Source: Acidobacteriota bacterium (lineage in GTDB: Bacteria > Acidobacteriota > UBA6911 > JACQSX01). Taken from it: DNA of 64,000 nucleotides. The position numbers and the translations under genes were made by a program. Each line of letters begins with the position of its first letter. Position 1 is the stretch's first letter. Positions 58,995 through 64,000 of this stretch are shown piece by piece. The notes below the pieces were generated by a model. That model saw only the letters and a program-made list of their open reading frames with translations. It searched no databases and was not told the origin of the DNA. The DNA lies in contig JACQSX010000050.1 in NCBI GenBank assembly GCA_016211105.1, positions 59,347-123,346 of the forward strand, given 5' to 3'.

Positions 58995-59424
58995 TTGAGA
59001 CCTGAGAAAATGGATCGAGTACTAGCCAGAAAAAAAATCTCATGCAGGCGATACGGGGAGGCAATAACAAATATACTAGCCATCGGGGGTGCTCCTCTCA
59101 CTCCTTCCGACTTTTATAGACTCGATGGACCAATTGACGCCCGAGTAGTTGAACCGGGTCATTAGTCTGGACGGATGGGACATATGCTACCCGAATGGGT
59201 CAATGGAAAGCTAATAGTAATTTTAATTTCTGATGAATCGGACGAGAAAGTCAGATATTTGAGAGCCTAGCCTGGTTTTTTTGGGCCGGTCCTTTCGCGA
59301 GAGCAATCGTTGACTTCGTGCCAGGATCTCTTCTCCTTGACCTTTTTGGGTGAGAATAGGTCTACTCTTGCTTCAGGTTCAAACGGAAGCCTTGAATCCC
59401 AACTTTTGAAAAGGAGGAGTGGAG

Positions 59425-60051
59425 ATGAAACAACAATATCACGGACATTGGGGAATCGCTCTGGTCCTGTTGTCTCTATACATTTGCGCCGCCAACGTTT
59501 ATGCCCAGGAAAACGGTGAGCTCTACCGATGGGATATCGCAAGCTTGCAACCACCTATCCTGAGACCGGGTGGATCGGCGTCAGCGGCGGCAGCTAACGG
59601 TTGGAAGATAATCTTCACTGGTAGCGGGACCTTTCGCATTGATCAGCCACCTCGGATAGAGGGTCCCAGGATTGGAAGCGGCGTCACCGGCGGGGGAACG
59701 TGGGCAGTGCAAGATCCGCAAGGTAATGTGACACCTTGCGGCACATACGACGTCGTCGAGGTAATTAGTTTTCGTTTGGCTCCCGGGACAGCTCTAGGAA
59801 CCGTTACTCAGGATCTGATTGGCGCCAGGGAGGATCAACGCGCCGGTGTCGCTGTCCTGCGCGTTCTTTTTTCAGACGGCGGCAGAGGAATTCTCATTCT
59901 TTCCTCACGCTTAGGGGGAACGCCGGACTTCGTGGTCGAGGGAATCAGCGCAACGGACGATTTTATAAATTACTTCAATGTCTCGCCGGTCGTGGGCAGT
60001 GTAGACGCTAACCATATCAGCTTCCACATCCTTCGTAACAAAAACCAATAG
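59425..60051 (+). CDS. secreted hypothetical protein
   Basis: AAGGAGGAG RBS 5 nt before ATG; signal peptide HGHWGIALVLLSLYICAANVYAQ. Confidence 0.6.
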   Translation: MKQQYHGHWGIALVLLSLYICAANVYAQENGELYRWDIASLQPPILRPGGSASAAAANGWKIIFTGSGTFRIDQPPRIEGPRIGSGVTGGGTWAVQDPQGNVTPCGTYDVVEVISFRLAPGTALGTVTQDLIGAREDQRAGVAVLRVLFSDGGRGILILSSRLGGTPDFVVEGISATDDFINYFNVSPVVGSVDANHISFHILRNKNQ

Positions 60052-60181
60052 GACGCGGATTATTCATTAGCAAAACATTTCAGCGCTCCACTCGGTGCTA
60101 CGGGTTATCTGGAGACTGGCAAGGACAAAAAATATCTTGACCAAATCGCATTCGAGAATATACTTACTGGTCGGTATAATA

Positions 60182-60811
60182 ATGAGGCCGTCGCAACCTC
60201 GTCAGACTCGCTCGCCCCGGGAAGTTCACCGTTCCAGCCGGGAGGCGATTCATATCGCAGCCACCGCTCTTTTCGCGGAGCGGGGTTATGCAGCCACATC
60301 GATAAGAGAAATCTGCCACCGGGCAGGTATCACCAAGCCCGCGCTTTACTACCATTTCGGCAACAAGGAGCACCTCTATCAAGGACTGATCCTGGATGCT
60401 TTCAACGAGTACCGTAAGGAACTGTTGTTGGCTTCCCGGCAAAGCAGGACGACTGCCGTGAAACTCGTGGATGTGTTGGAAGCGATGTTTGCTTTTGTGC
60501 GAAAGAATCCCGAGCTTTCCCGCCTTGCGTTTCGAATGATCCTTGCGCCCGAAAAAGGTTCGCCGGTAATCGAGTACGATGAATTATGCAAGTTCGACGC
60601 TCGCTTTATTGAAGGAATCGTGGCGGAGGGCATCCGAAAAGGGGAGATGAGAGGGAGTCCTCGGGAAATCGCCGACGCCCTGACCGGGATTGTCACAGTG
60701 CACATTATCGATTTTCTGGTCGCCGGCAAGCCGGTTTTGCGCCGCTCGCTTGCCGAGGGGGCCGTGGACCTACTGCTGCACGGTTGTATGCCCGCCTCTA
60801 CCGATCGGTAG
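60182..60811 (+). CDS. TetR/AcrR family transcriptional regulator
   Basis: N-terminal HTH ATSIREICHRAGITKPALYYHFGNKEHLY; directly upstream of efflux genes; TATAAT 1 nt before ATG. Confidence 0.85.
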   Translation: MRPSQPRQTRSPREVHRSSREAIHIAATALFAERGYAATSIREICHRAGITKPALYYHFGNKEHLYQGLILDAFNEYRKELLLASRQSRTTAVKLVDVLEAMFAFVRKNPELSRLAFRMILAPEKGSPVIEYDELCKFDARFIEGIVAEGIRKGEMRGSPREIADALTGIVTVHIIDFLVAGKPVLRRSLAEGAVDLLLHGCMPASTDR

Positions 60812-60816
60812 CGCCT

Positions 60817-62199
60817 ATGGGAACGAGGAGGGGAAAATTCGCCGTAAGTGTACTGAGCGTCCTATGGTTGCATAACCTTTTTCTGGCGGCCAGCCCGCAA
60901 GACAAGCCAGCGCTGACAGTCAACGAAGCAGTGGCGCTGGCCGTGACGCGCAACCAGCAGGCGCTGATCGCGCGCGCGCAGGTGGATCTGATGAGGGGCA
61001 AAGTACGCGAGGTGCGAGCGGAGGCTTTGCCTTTCATCAGCTTCACCAGCAGTTCGCTCCGACTGCGCGATCCCTCTTTTTTGAATGCGTCCAGCTTTGA
61101 CACGATTCCCATCGAGTTTCGGGAAGGCTTGAGGCCGCGTGGGGCCAATCTTTTCGATTACAGCTTCAAGGTGTCACAGCCGCTTTACAGTTCGGGAAAG
61201 GTGGCCAGCGGCTTAAAGTTAGCAAGCCTGGAAATGGAGGGCACCGGCATCGATCAGGCACGCGTCGAACAGGAAATTCGGCTGCGCGCCGTCCGCGCCT
61301 TCTACGATTTGGTGCTGGCCGAAAAGCTGCTCGAAGTGAGCCGGGAGATGGTCCAGCAGCGCCAGCGCCACCTGGAACTGGCGCGCGTTCGATACGAAGC
61401 GGGCGTGGCTACCGAGGTCGATGTGCTGCGCTCGCAGGTGAGCCTTGCCAACGCGCAGCCAGAGTTGCTTCGTGCGGAAAACGCGGTCCACCACGCGCGC
61501 TCCGTGCTTAACAACCTGCTGGTCCGTCCGGTGGACTTTCCCACCGAGACACTGGGGCAACTGGACTTTGTACCGTGGACGAGGACCAAGCGTGAAGAAA
61601 TCGTTCGGGACGCCCTAGCGCAGCGGCCTGAATTGCGACGACTTCACATCAATGAACTTGAATCGGATATGCAGACAAAATTGGCGCAGGCAGAGAGCAG
61701 ACTGCGTGTCGATTTCGTCGGAGAATACGGCCTCTCGGCGCGAGACCCCTCCAATCTGGTGGATGCCCATTTCACACGCTGGGCTTTCTCGCTCAAACTG
61801 TCGCTGCCGATCTTTGACGGGGGCAAACGCGACGGTCTTCTGCAGCAGGCGCTGGCGCAGCGCAAGGTCGCAGAACTTACTCTCAGCGCGCAGGAGGAAG
61901 CCATTCGCCTAGAGGCGCAGAGCGCACTGGACGAGCTGGCACGCGCGGAGAAAACAATTGAGGCGGCACGGCTCAACGTGACACAGGCGGAACGCGTGCT
62001 CGAGATGATGCAGAATAACTACAAGTATGGAGCCGCTACGACGCTTGATGTCCTAGACTCCCAAACTGCGGTTACCACGGCACGTTGGACGCTGTACCAA
62101 GGGCTTCACGATCACACCGTGGCGCGAGCGCAGGTTCGATACATCATGGGGCAGGATCCGCTGGAACAGAACGGCGCAAATGCAAACTCCTCAAAGTAA
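60817..62199 (+). CDS. outer membrane efflux protein (TolC family)
   Basis: Two TolC-like repeats with coiled-coil segments, signal peptide; ATG 60817 chosen over track start. Confidence 0.85.
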   Translation: MGTRRGKFAVSVLSVLWLHNLFLAASPQDKPALTVNEAVALAVTRNQQALIARAQVDLMRGKVREVRAEALPFISFTSSSLRLRDPSFLNASSFDTIPIEFREGLRPRGANLFDYSFKVSQPLYSSGKVASGLKLASLEMEGTGIDQARVEQEIRLRAVRAFYDLVLAEKLLEVSREMVQQRQRHLELARVRYEAGVATEVDVLRSQVSLANAQPELLRAENAVHHARSVLNNLLVRPVDFPTETLGQLDFVPWTRTKREEIVRDALAQRPELRRLHINELESDMQTKLAQAESRLRVDFVGEYGLSARDPSNLVDAHFTRWAFSLKLSLPIFDGGKRDGLLQQALAQRKVAELTLSAQEEAIRLEAQSALDELARAEKTIEAARLNVTQAERVLEMMQNNYKYGAATTLDVLDSQTAVTTARWTLYQGLHDHTVARAQVRYIMGQDPLEQNGANANSSK

Positions 62200-63418
62200 A
62201 CTTTTCGATTCAACTGAAGCAAAGATTCAATCGCCCGCTGGCGGCTGGGTGGCGTTGGCCAACCTGAGGGAGCTCTTATTTCTTTTGTCACTGGCTCTGA
62301 TGTCAGGTTGTTCCACAGACAATGTCCGGACAGGCCCGGCCGCTCCCCCGTTGACCGTGAAGGCGATCCAGCTTGCGCCTCACCCGCTGCAGGAAACGAT
62401 CAACGTCACCGGATCGCTTATTTCTTCCGTGGCTGTGGATGTGAATACGGAATTCGCCGGCCACGTGGTGAAGATGAACAAGCAAGAGGGGGATTCCGTC
62501 AGACAGGGAGAGCTTTTGGCCGAACTGGATGACGCCAATGCCCAACTCTCGATGGCACAGGCAAACGCGAGCCTGGAGGTATCGCAGGCAGCGCTGAATC
62601 GAGCCAAGGTAACCGAGGAACACGCCCAGGCAGAACAGGAGCGGGCACAAAACTTGCTGCGCTCCGGCGGCATTACGGAAAAGGATTTTCTGGCGGCAGA
62701 GGTGGCGACTCGAGACGCGCAGGCCCAAGTGAAGCTCGCGGAAGCTCAAATCGAACAGTCACGACAAACTTTGGCGATCGCCCAGAAGCGCTCGAATGAC
62801 TGTCGCATCCTTTCGCCGATTCGCGGGACCGTGGAGCGCAAGGGTCTCAACCCGGGCAGCTACGTGGATGCTAATACGGTGCTGTACCGGCTGGTAGACA
62901 ACCACCGTTTGGAGCTGGAAACTTTCGTGGCGGCCCCCGATATTTCACGACTCGCCAAAGGACAGACCATCCGATTCAGCGTCGCATCGTTTGCGGAGGG
63001 AGCGTTCACCGCCCGCATCGTGACCATCAGCTCTGGAGTTCAGCTTCAAAATCGCTCTCTCGTCGTTCGAGCAGCCTTTTCCAATCCCACAGGCAGACTC
63101 AAGGCCGGAATGTTCTTCAAAGGTCAGATTGTGGTTGGAACGAAAGCGAATGCCTTGCTCGTTCCTGCCAGCGCTGTGTGGCGTCGCGCGGGGCAGCCAG
63201 CGTTTGTGTACGTGGTCGAGCAAGGCCAGGCGCGTCGGCGCCAGGTAAAGATCGGCATTGAACAGCCAGAGAACATTGAGGTTGTCGGCGGACTTAAAGC
63301 CAGCGAGTGGGTGATTGCCGAGCAATATCTTGAACTCGCCGACGGAATCCCGGTTGCGATGACAAAAGCAGGCAATTTCAAAGAAAGCGTGGCGGGTGAC
63401 ATGGAATCGGGCGGCTAG
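62180..63418 (+). CDS. efflux RND transporter periplasmic adaptor subunit (MFP/HlyD family)
   Basis: Lipobox-like LALMSGCS, coiled-coil and beta-barrel regions; overlaps TolC gene end; exact start uncertain. Confidence 0.85.
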   Translation: MQTPQSKLFDSTEAKIQSPAGGWVALANLRELLFLLSLALMSGCSTDNVRTGPAAPPLTVKAIQLAPHPLQETINVTGSLISSVAVDVNTEFAGHVVKMNKQEGDSVRQGELLAELDDANAQLSMAQANASLEVSQAALNRAKVTEEHAQAEQERAQNLLRSGGITEKDFLAAEVATRDAQAQVKLAEAQIEQSRQTLAIAQKRSNDCRILSPIRGTVERKGLNPGSYVDANTVLYRLVDNHRLELETFVAAPDISRLAKGQTIRFSVASFAEGAFTARIVTISSGVQLQNRSLVVRAAFSNPTGRLKAGMFFKGQIVVGTKANALLVPASAVWRRAGQPAFVYVVEQGQARRRQVKIGIEQPENIEVVGGLKASEWVIAEQYLELADGIPVAMTKAGNFKESVAGDMESGG

Positions 63419-63496
63419 AAATCATGACTACGCAGTTTGCTGGCCGCCACTCAAATGGCTCCTTTGCGGCGCTATGCGCGTCAGGAAGCGGACCCT

Positions 63497-63578
63497 CAAA
63501 TGCGGAATTCGGAATGCGGATGGCGAATTTCGGTGGACTTTTTACATTCCGCATTCCGAAATCCGAAATCCGCATTGC
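63497..63578. other. imperfect inverted repeat / predicted hairpin between MFP and RND genes
   Basis: GGAATGCGGA (63511-63520) pairs with TCCGCATTCC (63549-63558), extended by imperfect AAATGCGGAATTCGG / CCGAAATCCGCATTG arms; no T-tract. Confidence 0.4.
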
Positions 63579-63598
63579 AGTTGTCCGCTTGCTTCGTA

Positions 63599-63749
63599 CC
63601 TCGATTCATAAATACGATAACGTTTGCTGCGAGCGCGATAGCGCCGATTTCGCGAAGCGACGACGATGTCCCCGCATCGACTCCTCCTCGCTCCTTGATC
63701 TCGCCTCGCAAGCCCCATTAGCAAACGTTACCGTATTTATGAATCGAGG
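63599..63749. repeat. MITE-like repeat element, copy B (same family as 7375-7641, opposite orientation, shorter)
   Basis: Terminal inverted repeats CCTCGATTCATAAATACGATAACGTTTGC ... GCAAACGTTACCGTATTTATGAATCGAGG; lies between MFP and RND pump genes. Confidence 0.6.
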
Positions 63750-63855
63750 TACTTACGCGCGCGGCTCAGAATTTTTCACACCTTCTGACGGTGGCAGCTT
63801 CGCCGCGCGAGGTCTCTGCGACGAGCGTTCCTTGAAAAGCCGCCAGTAAAAATTT

Positions 63856-64000
63856 ATGTTTCTCTCCAATCTTTCGATTCGCCAGCCCGTCTTTGCCACG
63901 ATGATGGTCGTTGCCCTGGTGGTAATCGGCGTCTTTTCCTATAACGAGCTAAAGATCGACCTTTTTCCCAATGTCGACCTGCCGGTGGTCAGTATTACCA
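63856..64000 (+). CDS. RND efflux pump inner-membrane subunit (AcrB/CzcA family), N-terminal 48 aa; continues past window
   Basis: MFLSNLSIRQPVFATMMVVALVVIGVFSYNELKIDLFPNVDLPVVSITT is the N-terminus typical of RND pumps; not in ORF track because truncated. Confidence 0.8.
   Translation, partial: MFLSNLSIRQPVFATMMVVALVVIGVFSYNELKIDLFPNVDLPVVSIT

Overview
GC-rich bacterial chromosomal segment, densely coding on both strands, with about 55 supportable genes; no rRNA, tRNA, CRISPR array or intact transposase was seen. All calls rest on reading the supplied six-frame translations and the DNA by eye; no searches were run, and start codons were re-chosen where an ATG with a GGAGG-like ribosome-binding site lay inside a track ORF. 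Content in order: a catabolic block (orphan E1-alpha, hydantoinase A/B, glutaryl-CoA dehydrogenase-like, CN-hydrolase, luciferase-like oxidoreductase); a split F0-synthase cofG/cofH pair with an F420:NADP oxidoreductase-like gene and pyrE; a tight five-gene minus-strand operon (AmmeMemoRadiSam-type radical SAM, APH-fold kinase, APS kinase, archaeal-type SAM synthetase, HAL2-like 3'-nucleotidase); rpoD; several two-component systems; phosphoketolase; pyrD; and a TetR-TolC-MFP-RND efflux locus at the 3' edge. The accessory-like part is cell-surface genes: a roughly 1,900-aa FG-GAP/CSLREA/beta-helix protein split by two single-G frameshifts and preceded by a zinc-ribbon/decapeptide-repeat ORF pair, and three adjacent secreted proteins sharing an unrecognised C-terminal domain. 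Unannotated DNA-level structure includes a MITE-like inverted-repeat element in two copies, three tandem 25-bp direct repeats upstream of the largest adhesin gene, and an orphan copy of a surface-gene 3' end. The best candidate for an undescribed system is the radical-SAM/kinase/APS-kinase/SAM-synthetase/nucleotidase operon, which lacks the usual AMMECR1 and Memo partners.
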